A DNA stretch of 64,000 nucleotides, from NCBI GenBank assembly GCA_022827185.1, contig JAJDTM010000030.1:179769-243768 (forward strand). The letters are read 5' to 3'. This document shows positions 8,715-18,603 of the stretch, one piece after another; positions within the stretch are counted from its first letter, which is position 1; each line of letters begins with the position of its first letter. Position numbers and translations under genes: made by a program. Source of the DNA: Candidatus Poribacteria bacterium (GTDB taxonomy: Bacteria; Poribacteria; WGA-4E; WGA-3G). The notes beneath the pieces are model-generated. The model was not told the DNA's origin and ran no database searches. It worked only from the letters and a program-made list of their open reading frames with translations.

Positions 8715-11027
8715 TTAGGGGTTCCACCAATATGTCATCTTCGCGACGACGGTTGAATCTAACAGGCGAGATTTAGTGGTCCCATTTGTATCATACGTCT
8801 GATTAAAAACGAAATAGAAATCGCTGCCTGGGCGATAGATATAGTTGATGAGGAAATTGGTGGATACAACGTTCGTATCAGCGTTCCATTGTGCAAACAG
8901 TTTCGCAAAGAGCCCTGTAGTGAAAGAATAGTCGAATCTGCCTCTGAAAAGATTAACGTAAACAGGACGAGGTTGCCCGTCAGTAAAATACGCTTCTGGT
9001 AGATCTACCACCTGATTAAATTGGTACTGTGCGCTCACGCTTATATGTCCATTCGGCTTAAGCGTGGTTTGTATGTATCCTCTACGGACTTCACCTTTGT
9101 AGAAGTCCTCAACACCACCGCCGATCGTCGTACTAATTGGACGGCTATCACTACTGGAAAGACGGACGTGATATGAAGTGGATTGATAGTCCCCTACCGG
9201 AATCTCTATGCCATCCCTAAAATCGAAGATCTCGTCCAGACGCTCAAAGCTGCGTCTACCGTTGAGCAGGATATAATCTCCAGTGCTGAATTCAAACCAG
9301 TTGGTATAGGAAACATCCCATTCTTGTAATTCGTTGTCGTGGCTAAGGATATAGTTCATTTCTGGCCCGGTCCAGATTTGTCGAATCCCGAATTTTTGGG
9401 GCATGGGTACCCATCGCATTTCACCGCGGAATTGTCGGATGCCGGGCCGTCTGACATATCCGACGGCGGGGTTGAAATCCTCATCAATATCGGTATACGA
9501 ACCCTCTACGCGGAAATGCTTGCTCCGCCAGTTGGAACCGAGATACCACGCATTATTTTTCCCAGACGCATCCGGTTCAAATGTTCGTGACCACAGACCG
9601 CGTACATCCAGACTGTCATTGGGACGGTACTCAAAATCGAAACCGCCTGCGCGGTTGTAATCTCCAATTTCGTCCTTATTCACAGCAATCATACCGATGC
9701 GTGAACCTGCGGCGATGTCCTTCGTAATTCGCATCACGGAAAAATTGGTGTGCGGAATATCAATAGGATCATCTTCGGTATCATCATGGAATTTATCCGT
9801 TAGGACGTTGAGAAAGCCTACGCCGTAAGAACCGACCTTGCCACTCGTTTTTCCGCCGAAGATAATTGGAATCGCATTCCCTTCTGCGAGTCCGATCCGT
9901 CGGCTATAGAAAAGGAGCATCGGTGGCGGGCGACGGAAACTGGTTCGTGGTATCCCAAAATCGAAAAGTCCGGCACCCTCTAAAAAGAAGGGACGCTTTT
10001 CAGGGAAAAAGAGGCTAAATCGGGTAAGATTCACCTGTTCCTCATCGGCTTCAACCTGGGCGAAGTCGGTATTAACGGTGACATCTGCGGTGAGGTTTGA
10101 TGTAATACCGTATTTTGCATCAATGCCTATCTTGAATTTTCCATCGGTTTCGAGTCCTGTGTCATTTTCATTAATTTGGGTTACGCCGGGAAGAATATAT
10201 GGCAGCACCTCTAAGTTCCGAGAAGGGGTGATGCCTGAGAGGCCAACAACATTTCCCAAGGTAGCGGTTCGGTACTTCGCTCTGCCACCGTATGATGCCG
10301 AGACGGGGACCCATATCATCTCTTCTTTATTTCGCGCCAGCCCGCGACCGGTGTTCATGCCCCATGCCATTGAATCGCTCTTTTTGAAACGCAGCTGACT
10401 AAAGGGAATGCTTAGTTCGGCAGTCCAAGAAGTATCGTTGATTTTGGATTTGGATTCCACCACGGCATCCCAGTCCGAATTAAAGGTATCGCCGCTGTTA
10501 GTTACGGCTCTATCCTGTATCGCGCCGAGAGCATTCATCCGAAAGAAAAAGCCGCTGCGTCGATCATTATACGTATCGAGTAGCAAGAACACATTATCAT
10601 TTTCGTGTAGGTCGCGAGAATCGCGGCGCATCTCATTCGCGACAAGTTTCGATATATCTGAATCGTAACAGGTAAAGCCGAAGTAGATATTCTCGTTATC
10701 GTAGAGGATACGGACTTCCATGGATTCTGAACCGATTTCACCTTCATACGGTTCAATTTGTACAAACTGACTGATGGGTTCCGCGTGCTGCCAATCGGCT
10801 TCTGTTAAATCGCCGTCAATCTCGACGCTTTCATAGGTCCGATATGCTTTAATCTCGTGATTGGAGGATTCGGCATGTACACTGGCGACAACGGTGTATA
10901 ACAGCGTAATGACGATCAGGGAAATTGTGATCTTTTGGAATTTGGGTGAAGTAGATAGATACTCGTCCAAGAATGTTGCCTCCTTAGGGTGAGAGTTGGT
11001 TACTATAAAAGACGAAAAAGGAGGCAA
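8715..11027 (-). CDS. DUF5916-family protein (CBM9-like N-terminal domain plus a predicted beta-barrel; putative carbohydrate-binding / hydrolase-like outer-membrane protein)
   Basis: 770 aa with a signal-peptide-like N-terminus. The EIDGDLTEADWQHAEPISQFVQIEPYEG segment is typical of the CBM9/DUF5916 family. Confidence 0.5.
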   Translation of the reverse strand: MPPFSSFIVTNSHPKEATFLDEYLSTSPKFQKITISLIVITLLYTVVASVHAESSNHEIKAYRTYESVEIDGDLTEADWQHAEPISQFVQIEPYEGEIGSESMEVRILYDNENIYFGFTCYDSDISKLVANEMRRDSRDLHENDNVFLLLDTYNDRRSGFFFRMNALGAIQDRAVTNSGDTFNSDWDAVVESKSKINDTSWTAELSIPFSQLRFKKSDSMAWGMNTGRGLARNKEEMIWVPVSASYGGRAKYRTATLGNVVGLSGITPSRNLEVLPYILPGVTQINENDTGLETDGKFKIGIDAKYGITSNLTADVTVNTDFAQVEADEEQVNLTRFSLFFPEKRPFFLEGAGLFDFGIPRTSFRRPPPMLLFYSRRIGLAEGNAIPIIFGGKTSGKVGSYGVGFLNVLTDKFHDDTEDDPIDIPHTNFSVMRITKDIAAGSRIGMIAVNKDEIGDYNRAGGFDFEYRPNDSLDVRGLWSRTFEPDASGKNNAWYLGSNWRSKHFRVEGSYTDIDEDFNPAVGYVRRPGIRQFRGEMRWVPMPQKFGIRQIWTGPEMNYILSHDNELQEWDVSYTNWFEFSTGDYILLNGRRSFERLDEIFDFRDGIEIPVGDYQSTSYHVRLSSSDSRPISTTIGGGVEDFYKGEVRRGYIQTTLKPNGHISVSAQYQFNQVVDLPEAYFTDGQPRPVYVNLFRGRFDYSFTTGLFAKLFAQWNADTNVVSTNFLINYIYRPGSDFYFVFNQTYDTNGTTKSRLLDSTVVAKMTYWWNP

Positions 11028-11061
11028 ATTGGACTATATAAATTTGCGTTAAACTGGATTG

Positions 11062-13182
11062 TCAAAACTCCGCCGTCACTGCAATGAAGGGGATTAGCGG
11101 TAATTGGGCAATCCGTACCTCTTTTGTATAATTCTTGTCATAGCGGACTTGAAGGATATTCGTGCGGTTATAAACGTTCCATAGTTCTAAAGTAAATCCC
11201 CACTTCCAATTATCAAGATTAAAAACAGACTTGAATGACTTGTGCAGCCGTAAATCCAAACGGTGATATGCTGCTTCGCGCGCCATTTCACCGTAAATCG
11301 GTAGCCATGTTTCGTTTTTCGTAAAGGGATTGGTGTAGGGTTCCCTATCTACTAACGGCGAATATAGCACGCCGCTTTTGTATTGCCAATTTGCGCTGCA
11401 TTCCCAGGATGCTGCTTGGTAATTCATGCCGATCGTTACAACATGAGGTGTGTTATACATATAAAAACGCTCGTCATCTCTTGGGGAATCTTGGCGTTTA
11501 GAGAGCGTGTAAGCATAAGAGAGCCAACTGCGAAACGTGTTGCCTATTTCATGATCCAATGAGACTTCAATCCCTTTCACATGTCCTATCCGTTGGTTGC
11601 GATAGCGTCTTTCGGATGCATTGTAAGTAATCATGTCGCGAAGGTCTTTGTAGTAACCAGCGATTTCAATCGTTGTCCGTGTGGGTAAGGGTTTCTGGGT
11701 TGATTCTAAAACTTTTTCCAGTGCGACAACATAGTGCTTTGCAAGGCTCGGCGCGATTTCGGGATTCTCCTTCCCAAGCACGATTTGATAAAACTGAGGG
11801 TTTTGAACGTAACTACCGGACATGAGACGGAGGTCTATTGGAAAAAAAGAGAACTGATCGGTGTTAGCGTCACCTGGTCCAAGGGTCACACCGAGAAGCC
11901 CACGCGGTTGAAGAGAAAAGTTGTCTATGAGATTGAAGTAATTTGCGCGCACCCCGATGGTGGTATAAAAGTCGGCATAGCGAGGCGAGGGTAGGTCTTG
12001 TGTTGCTTGCAAGTACCCCTCCAACCGATGTAAGCTCTCGGATTTGTTGGTAAAGATTTTCGCACCATCTTGTTTAAGCCTGAAGTCATAATCTGGATCG
12101 CCTTCTTCAAACGGACGTGCGCCGACGCTGATAAGGGATGTGGGGAGACTCGAAAGTGCGAAACCAGATTCCAGCAGTGTTTTCGGGTGTCTAACCCAGT
12201 ACTCAAGATCACCTCGCAGCGCGTAGATACTTCGTGCGCTCCGATAAAAGTACCCGTCACCGAAATTAAGCACTGTGCGAGAAAACGAACGCGTGAGTGA
12301 TACAATTGATTTGAAGGTGTCCTGTTTCTCGGAATAGAGATGAATCCCTTGTGAATCGAACGGGTTATCCGAACTCAGGGGACCGCGCAGGTCGCTTTCA
12401 GAGACTTCATCTGCTGTGAAGTTCAATTCACCGGCATCGTCCGCTGCGATGGCATTGACAACCACCCTATGCGTAGGACTGAGTTGATAGACCGCTTTTC
12501 CCTGATAACTCCAGAAACTTGGCACCTCAGTCACTAAATCGCTCTCTATTGCGAACAGTCTTGGCAGCAATTCAAAAAGGGGTCCCATATTGCTTCGTCG
12601 CCAAAAAGCGTACCAGTATCCGCGTTCACCTAAATTCCCTTCAAGAAAGGTTTGCCAATACACGAAATTGAGGTTGACCGTTCCACCTAACCGAGTATCG
12701 GTCTTCGTGCGGGAGTGGATGTCAATCACAGCTTGTGCGTCAGCACCGAACTCTGCGCCGTATCCCCCCGGATACACATCGATATTTTCAATAACTTCGG
12801 GATTGACTGTTGAGATGATTCCGTGGAGCTGGTACGGGTATCCTAACGGCAGTCGATCGAAATAGTAGAGGTTATCTTCAGGGCCGCCGCCGCGTACAGA
12901 GAGGACTCCGACGAAATCGTTGAGGACACCGATACTTGGGAGGTGATTTAGAACTCGCAGTGGGTCTCCTGCGCTTCCCGTGGCACTTCTAATGAATGCG
13001 CCATCAAAAGTGTGTTTTGGTTTTCTTTCGATCCGCTCGCCTTCAACTGTTATTGGGTCTAACTTAACAACAGGACGTGATGCTTCATCCTTTTCTGGAT
13101 CTGATTGGTTGGTATCGTCGGTTTGTGCGAAGGCACTGAACGGGACTATGCAAATTAGAAGGATCAGTATCTTTTTCAACAC
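11062..13182 (-). CDS. TonB-dependent outer-membrane receptor
   Basis: Signal peptide, plug-domain motifs (VRGGGPEDNLYYFDRLPLGYPY), a long beta-barrel region, and a C-terminal aromatic residue (…VTAEF). TTG start. Confidence 0.75.
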   Translation of the reverse strand: MLKKILILLICIVPFSAFAQTDDTNQSDPEKDEASRPVVKLDPITVEGERIERKPKHTFDGAFIRSATGSAGDPLRVLNHLPSIGVLNDFVGVLSVRGGGPEDNLYYFDRLPLGYPYQLHGIISTVNPEVIENIDVYPGGYGAEFGADAQAVIDIHSRTKTDTRLGGTVNLNFVYWQTFLEGNLGERGYWYAFWRRSNMGPLFELLPRLFAIESDLVTEVPSFWSYQGKAVYQLSPTHRVVVNAIAADDAGELNFTADEVSESDLRGPLSSDNPFDSQGIHLYSEKQDTFKSIVSLTRSFSRTVLNFGDGYFYRSARSIYALRGDLEYWVRHPKTLLESGFALSSLPTSLISVGARPFEEGDPDYDFRLKQDGAKIFTNKSESLHRLEGYLQATQDLPSPRYADFYTTIGVRANYFNLIDNFSLQPRGLLGVTLGPGDANTDQFSFFPIDLRLMSGSYVQNPQFYQIVLGKENPEIAPSLAKHYVVALEKVLESTQKPLPTRTTIEIAGYYKDLRDMITYNASERRYRNQRIGHVKGIEVSLDHEIGNTFRSWLSYAYTLSKRQDSPRDDERFYMYNTPHVVTIGMNYQAASWECSANWQYKSGVLYSPLVDREPYTNPFTKNETWLPIYGEMAREAAYHRLDLRLHKSFKSVFNLDNWKWGFTLELWNVYNRTNILQVRYDKNYTKEVRIAQLPLIPFIAVTAEF

Positions 13183-13205
13183 TTCGTCTCCTGAGTATTT
13201 TGATC

Positions 13206-13310
13206 AGAACTTACGCAAATTGGGCAAATATCGGACATTGAGACGCAAAAAGTGATAATTTCCATATTTTCAACCCCCTAAATCCCCCCTATCAGGGGGA
13301 CTTTAAGAGA
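13206..13310. mobile_element. MITE-like repeat, copy 1 (left terminal inverted repeat plus one CCCCCT/AGGGGG hairpin module; right repeat missing)
   Basis: agaacttacgcaaattg … aaccccctaaatcccccctatcagggggactttaagag. Confidence 0.55.
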
Positions 13311-13322
13311 AAGGTAATCGGG

Positions 13323-15557
13323 TTAAAATTCGGCTGTAATTCCGAAATAAGGCAGGATAGGCAGCTGGTTGATATCGTCGCGTGTTTTGTAATCGTCACT
13401 ATACCTGTAATCAAGGAGATTTTTTCGGTTATAAGTATTTAGGAGTTCCAGAAATGCCCCGAGCTTCCATCCGTTGAATTGGAAGATTTTACTGACGCGC
13501 AGGTCCAATCTGTGGTAAGGCGGTAAACGGCCAGAATTCGTTTCAGCATAAATAGGGATATAGATAGGTTTTCCGTTCCTTGGATCGAACTGGATTTTAG
13601 CGTCATCAACAGGGGTATATGGATTCCCTGTGCGATATTGCCATTTCGCGCCAAATTCCAATGTAGGGGTAAGGTTGTAGCTGGCGGCGAGAGTTGCGAC
13701 GTGTGTTTGGTCAAAGGAGTAGAAACGATATGGTTCGCCGATGCGGTCGCGGCGTTTGGATAGGGCATACGCGTAAGAAATCCATCCAAAAAATCGATCG
13801 CCGCGCTGATGCCTGAGAAAAATTTCGGTGCCTTGTGCGTAGCCGACCCCTTGATTGAGGTAAGCGGCTTCTTCATCGCTTGTCGCGATGCCTTCAAGGT
13901 CTTTATAATAGGCTGCCATTTTGATTTCTGTATCTTGTGAAATCTGGCGTTCGAGTTCAAGGATATAATGACTTGCGCGACTTGACTTTAAGGACGGGTT
14001 ACCAATAGTAGGAGAAAGCAGTGCTGGTATTGGTGCCTGGTTGTAAATCCCGTAAGCAAATTGGATTTCAGATTGATTAGGGAGTTCCACGAGCAGACTG
14101 CCACGCGGTTGGATGGAGAGTTCATCGGTGCGATTGAAATAGTCGAAACGGAGTCCAAAGACGAGAGATAGAAATGGCAAGAATGTATACCTGTCTTGTA
14201 AGTAGCCTTCAATCCGTTGTCCACGTACATATTCGTCTAAGTCAATTTTTTCCTCAAATCGGATGTCATAATCAACTTCAGCTTCATCAGGTATGCGGAT
14301 GAAAGTGCCAGTGACCTGTCCCGGTTCAATTCCGAGGATTAATCCGGATTCTAAACGGTGTTTCGGGTTGAGTTCATAAATGATATCTTCGCGAAGGGTG
14401 TAGCTTGGTGCGTCAATATTGAGAGAAAGTTCTGGACCGAGGTTAATGTTGAATAGAAAATCAGAACGGGTTAGCGATAAAAAGGAGGTGAGGCGTTTTG
14501 TCAGGAAAGAACGGAGATGAATTCCTGCGCCCTCAAAACCGCTTTCAAAACTGGTGTTGCCTCTAAAATCTTGGTCTACATTATCACCATCCAATGTTAG
14601 AGCGAACCGATCTCCAGAGGCGAAAAGATTAAAAAAGAGTTGATGTTTTTCGCTAAGATCGTAGCCAGCTTTAAGTTGGTAATCCCAGAAGCGGGGAAAA
14701 GCAGTGATTTCCCCCGTGTCAAGCGGGAAAGAGCCGATGAAAAAGTCAATGTAACTTCTACGTCCGGCGGCGTACCAGAACCCTTTTTCGCCGATTTTTC
14801 CCTGAAGTAATCCCTCCGAGTAGAGGACGTTGATATTGAATTTTCCGCCCAAGTCTGTTGGACTGTTGTCCTTTGACGAGATGTCAATTACGGCTTGGGA
14901 ATCTACGCCGTACTCGGCACCGTAGCCGCCGGCGTAGACATCGATATCGTCAATAATTTCGGAGCTTAAAGACGAGACGATTCCTCCAAAGTGGTAGGGG
15001 TAACCAACAGGTACACGGTCAAAGTAGTAGAGGTTATCCTCATCGGAGCCGCCACGGATATAGAGTGCCCCGCTGAAATCGTTTGCGACACCGATGCCGG
15101 GAATGGCTGGTAGGGCGCGAAGCGCGTCGCCAGCGGTGCCGGGCAGGCGTGTAATTTCTTCCGCTTGGATACTTTTTTTGCTGACAGTCTTAGGGAGGCG
15201 TTTGCCGGTTACTTCCACACCTTCGAGGCGGTACTGTTCTGTTACAACATAGATTTCAGTCTCTTGTTTCTCTCCGGCAATAACAACCACCGAGGTTTGT
15301 TGGATTAGTTCGGTTTCAGGCATCGTAGTAACTAAAGTATAGGTGCCTTCGGGAACGGAACTGAACGCGAATTTTCCATTTTCATCGGTTTTTTGACGTT
15401 CATCGGTTTGAATGATCTTGACCTCTGCGTCTGCCAACGGTTCTTTCGTGTTGTCATTATAGACGGTGCCTTCGATTGTTCCTGTTTGCGAAAAGGCGAC
15501 TGCTGGGACTATAAGAAGCGTCAGCAGGCAAAACAAGCTTTTCATAAAAATCGGCAA
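13323..15557 (-). CDS. TonB-dependent receptor with N-terminal carboxypeptidase-regulatory-like domain (paralog of 11062..13182)
   Basis: Signal peptide and a CarbopepD_reg-like domain (GTIEGTVYNDNTKEPLADAEV). Plug motifs are shared with the neighbour (IRGGSDEDNLYYFDRVPVGYPY). Ends …ITAEF. Confidence 0.75.
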   Translation of the reverse strand: MPIFMKSLFCLLTLLIVPAVAFSQTGTIEGTVYNDNTKEPLADAEVKIIQTDERQKTDENGKFAFSSVPEGTYTLVTTMPETELIQQTSVVVIAGEKQETEIYVVTEQYRLEGVEVTGKRLPKTVSKKSIQAEEITRLPGTAGDALRALPAIPGIGVANDFSGALYIRGGSDEDNLYYFDRVPVGYPYHFGGIVSSLSSEIIDDIDVYAGGYGAEYGVDSQAVIDISSKDNSPTDLGGKFNINVLYSEGLLQGKIGEKGFWYAAGRRSYIDFFIGSFPLDTGEITAFPRFWDYQLKAGYDLSEKHQLFFNLFASGDRFALTLDGDNVDQDFRGNTSFESGFEGAGIHLRSFLTKRLTSFLSLTRSDFLFNINLGPELSLNIDAPSYTLREDIIYELNPKHRLESGLILGIEPGQVTGTFIRIPDEAEVDYDIRFEEKIDLDEYVRGQRIEGYLQDRYTFLPFLSLVFGLRFDYFNRTDELSIQPRGSLLVELPNQSEIQFAYGIYNQAPIPALLSPTIGNPSLKSSRASHYILELERQISQDTEIKMAAYYKDLEGIATSDEEAAYLNQGVGYAQGTEIFLRHQRGDRFFGWISYAYALSKRRDRIGEPYRFYSFDQTHVATLAASYNLTPTLEFGAKWQYRTGNPYTPVDDAKIQFDPRNGKPIYIPIYAETNSGRLPPYHRLDLRVSKIFQFNGWKLGAFLELLNTYNRKNLLDYRYSDDYKTRDDINQLPILPYFGITAEF

Positions 15558-15635
15558 CTCCTGTTCTGGGTATGTTCAAAAATTTATGTGATGTATTTTT
15601 CCTTAAAAAGTATACAATTTTCCTTCCCAGATTGC

Positions 15636-15682
15636 CAAAAAAAAAAAGCACCTCTCAGTTTTTTTCAGAGGTGCTTCTTTTT
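15636..15682. terminator. bidirectional rho-independent terminator (A11 - agcacctct…agaggtgct - T7)
   Basis: A 9-bp GC-containing stem is flanked by an A-run on one side and a T-run on the other. It lies directly downstream of the minus-strand phytanoyl-CoA dioxygenase gene. Confidence 0.6.
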
Positions 15683-15747
15683 ACTGACGGTATCGTTGGA
15701 TCCAGACGTAAGGACGGGCAGCGTTGCTCGTCCGTTATGTTTCTATG

Positions 15748-16596
15748 TTAGCGCGCAACCGCTTCGGAACCGAGGTTTTCCTGAAGCCACGTACGGAGTG
15801 GGACATCTTTTTCACCCGGGGAGGTATATCCCATACCGCCTGTGCTTTTACCCAAAATCTGCTGTCGAATCGGGTTGGACCGTTCCATGACGTGTTCTAC
15901 CGTCATGTTATCGCGTGGTTGGAGCCAACGGTAGCTATAGCCGTAGAAGAGTACCTTGCGTGTGGTGTCGGAGGTGTTCCGTCCCGCGGCGTGCCATAAT
16001 CTCCGATCAAAAAAGACAGCGGTTCCTGGCTTTGCGAACACAGGTGTCGCGTTTTCAGGGTCAGCAGTACTTTCTTCTGGCATTTCTACTTGGTTGAAGA
16101 GTTGGCTGCCCGGTAACACGGAGAAGTTACCACGTCCTGGCACCGAAGTATCGGTTAGGAAATAGGCGACCTTCAGTGATACACGTGGGCGCGGGTTGCC
16201 TTCCAATTCGATGTTAAGTCGTCCGCTATCTTGGTGCCATCCGAGACGTCTCGGTTTATCGCGTTCTTCGGGTGACAGCGGTGGTAGCACAATCAAATGT
16301 GAGTGGTAGAGTTTAATGTTCCACCCCAGGATCCCCCACACTTTCGGGAACGTTGTGTGCCAATCCAGTAACTCTATAAAGCTCTTATCTCTACCAACAA
16401 AGTCGAGGAGATTAAAGTTTGCATCGGGTGGGAGTTCATCTTTTCCCAAGTGTTCTGCCCCGACTCGGTCTACAGCGACAATTAATTTCTCGACCATCTC
16501 TTGTGGGATGGCATCTTCAACGACAAGGAAGCCGTTTTCTTCAAATTGCTGTTTTTCTGTTTCGGTCAAACAGTGTTTTAAACATAGCGGGTTCAT
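15748..16596 (-). CDS. phytanoyl-CoA dioxygenase (PhyH) family Fe(II)/2-oxoglutarate-dependent oxygenase
   Basis: PhyH-family length and motifs. Paralogous to 55377..56216. Confidence 0.7.
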   Translation of the reverse strand: MNPLCLKHCLTETEKQQFEENGFLVVEDAIPQEMVEKLIVAVDRVGAEHLGKDELPPDANFNLLDFVGRDKSFIELLDWHTTFPKVWGILGWNIKLYHSHLIVLPPLSPEERDKPRRLGWHQDSGRLNIELEGNPRPRVSLKVAYFLTDTSVPGRGNFSVLPGSQLFNQVEMPEESTADPENATPVFAKPGTAVFFDRRLWHAAGRNTSDTTRKVLFYGYSYRWLQPRDNMTVEHVMERSNPIRQQILGKSTGGMGYTSPGEKDVPLRTWLQENLGSEAVAR

Positions 16597-16687
16597 CGTT
16601 TTCCCCCATGAAAGATGCTTGAGTTTGCGAAAAGTTTATACTGAATTTGAGTTATCGTCAATGTGAAAAATGTGTTTGCTCTGAAGA

Positions 16688-17743
16688 TCAATGTTTTTCG
16701 GACTCGACCTGTTTTGCTCGTCTGATGGCACGCCATCTCCGCCAAAAATTCACCCCGGCACTAAAAAGAAAGCCGGCACCGATAATTCCGACGATCGCGC
16801 CGCCTAATATCAGTTCAGGGTTTACGATAACACTATAAACTGTTCCTCCGATGAGAACGACTGCAATCAGTGCATCTCTGAGACTGCTTTTTTCTGTGCG
16901 TTTTTGAAGGAGCCTTAGATTTGCGAGTTTCTTCTTTTTAATATAGTCGACGAGTGGTTCTACGGGAACATGGAGCGACTCGGCTTTCTCTGGTGGTGCT
17001 TCTCGGACACAACGAAATCCAATATTTCCGGCACTATAGTCTGGTGGTGCGTGTAAGCGGTTGGCGCATCGGAAATAGCGTTCTGCTGTGCCGTCGCGTA
17101 CTTCCAACCACGATCCACCACGCAAGGCTTTCTGTTTTTCATCAGTAGCCTGTTTAGATTTTAGACGTTTGGATTCGGGATATGGCTGATACCAATCCGC
17201 AGTCCACTCCCAAACATTTCCCGCAGCTTCACCGACTCCATAAGGACTTGCAGTGGCAGGACGGGTGCCGACGGGTGTGAGAGATGCTATCAGGATTTGT
17301 GAGGTCTCTGTGGATTCTGGTTCATCAGGGATAAAAATATTGCCCCAAGGATAGATGCGTCCGTCGGGCCCTCTACAGGCTTTCTCCCATTCTGCCTCCG
17401 TCGGTAGCCGCTTGCCAGCCCATTGTGCGTATGCGTTGCTATCGTGCCAACTGACATGGACGACGGGGAGATTCGCATCCTCGGGCGCGAAGTTCCCATT
17501 TTCCCAGTGTATTGGTGGCGGACGGTTCGTCGCTTGTACGAAGGCTGCATATTCGGCGTTTGTTACGGGATACTGTTCAATAAGATACGCCTCCAAAAAG
17601 CGGACGTGCATCGGTGCTTCGTCGAGTTTGGCATGCTCCGAATCGGCTAAGGCGGTTCCGTAGAAGGCTTCAATATCGGTGCCCATGATAAACGCGCCTT
17701 GCGGAATAAGAACAGCGTTAGTGGATGTTTGTTTTTGATTCAT
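16688..17743 (-). CDS. formylglycine-generating-enzyme (FGE/SUMF1) domain protein with C-terminal transmembrane helices
   Basis: FGE-sulfatase domain motifs (YPVTNAEYAAFV, HVSWHDSNAYAQWAGKRLPTEAEWEKA, RGGSW). The ORF frame extends to 17836, but its first 31 codons are encoded by a tandem 40-bp repeat. The start at MNQKQ (about 17743) is preferred. Confidence 0.7.
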   Translation of the reverse strand: MNQKQTSTNAVLIPQGAFIMGTDIEAFYGTALADSEHAKLDEAPMHVRFLEAYLIEQYPVTNAEYAAFVQATNRPPPIHWENGNFAPEDANLPVVHVSWHDSNAYAQWAGKRLPTEAEWEKACRGPDGRIYPWGNIFIPDEPESTETSQILIASLTPVGTRPATASPYGVGEAAGNVWEWTADWYQPYPESKRLKSKQATDEKQKALRGGSWLEVRDGTAERYFRCANRLHAPPDYSAGNIGFRCVREAPPEKAESLHVPVEPLVDYIKKKKLANLRLLQKRTEKSSLRDALIAVVLIGGTVYSVIVNPELILGGAIVGIIGAGFLFSAGVNFWRRWRAIRRAKQVESEKH

Positions 17744-17746
17744 CCG

Positions 17747-17826
17747 TCTTTTGTATAGCAAGTTTTCGGCTTGCAAGCTACGCCGATCTTTTGTATAGCA
17801 AGTTTTCGGCTTGCAAGCTACGCCGA
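17747..17826. repeat. perfect tandem duplication (2 x 40 bp, cttttgtatagcaagttttcggcttgcaagctacgccga); coordinates +/-1
   Basis: Read from the sequence. Each unit contains the hairpin gcaag-ttttcgg-cttgc. A related copy is at 59113-59154. Confidence 0.7.
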
Positions 17827-18603
17827 AAAGGTCCACGATGCAGTCGCATACTTGGTCTCAACCAAGGTTTCTGCGTGTGCGCGTTCTGCTGATGAGAGTG
17901 TACCTGAATGAAACGCAATTCCGAGGTTAAATGTTTCAGATATTGATTGGATAAGCATATTTCGTGTTATGGAACGTCCCTCTGTATTGATGGCGGTCGA
18001 TCTTTCTCGCAGTATCTTTTGGACCTCAGGGTCTTTTGAGACGCGTGTGAGAATAGTAGCAGGTGGCATATCCAAGGAGATGTAGCCTTGAAACAGGATC
18101 CCGTTTCGATTACGCCTCACAGAGACACCTGCCAGTTTCTTGTCGTCAGCCATCACATCGTGTTCAGCGGGATTCGTCAGACAGATGTTCTGGGCAGCTT
18201 CGGTGGCATCGGCGCACGCGGTGTAGCACTGCGCGGGGATGCCGAGTTTCTGAAATGCTTTGACGAGGGATTGTCCAATGCCATCGTAAGCGTCAGAGAT
18301 ACTTATTTCTCCGGCAGCGCGTGGCAGAATTAATGTATAGGTCAATTCCCATCCATGTACGACAGTCCCACCGCCGGTCATCCGTTTCACGAGTTCAATG
18401 CCGTCCGATCGGCACGCCTCTATGTCAACTTCCGAGTCAATATCTTGAAAATAGCCGAAACTGAAAGCTGGGGACGACCAGTCGTAAAAGCGGAGCGTCG
18501 GGTTTGGCTGTTTCTTCTGTGCAGTGAGAATTGCTTCATCAATTGCCATATTCATCGCCGCACTATTTTTTCCCATATTCAGAAGTCTACCGATGGTTTC
18601 CAT
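17818..18603 (-). CDS. lipoate-protein ligase / octanoyltransferase family (biotin/lipoate A/B protein ligase catalytic domain)
   Basis: BPL/LPL catalytic-domain pattern. The start at METIGRLL is coupled by overlap to the stop of the upstream gene. Confidence 0.6.
   Translation of the reverse strand: METIGRLLNMGKNSAAMNMAIDEAILTAQKKQPNPTLRFYDWSSPAFSFGYFQDIDSEVDIEACRSDGIELVKRMTGGGTVVHGWELTYTLILPRAAGEISISDAYDGIGQSLVKAFQKLGIPAQCYTACADATEAAQNICLTNPAEHDVMADDKKLAGVSVRRNRNGILFQGYISLDMPPATILTRVSKDPEVQKILRERSTAINTEGRSITRNMLIQSISETFNLGIAFHSGTLSSAERAHAETLVETKYATASWTFSA

Noticed and set aside
16688-17836. Full-length 382-aa reading of the formylglycine-generating-enzyme-domain ORF from the upstream-most Met
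   Set aside because: The first 31 codons are encoded by a perfect 2 x 40-bp tandem DNA repeat that also occurs as a non-coding element at 59113. The internal Met (MNQKQ) directly precedes the conserved domain and is the more plausible start.
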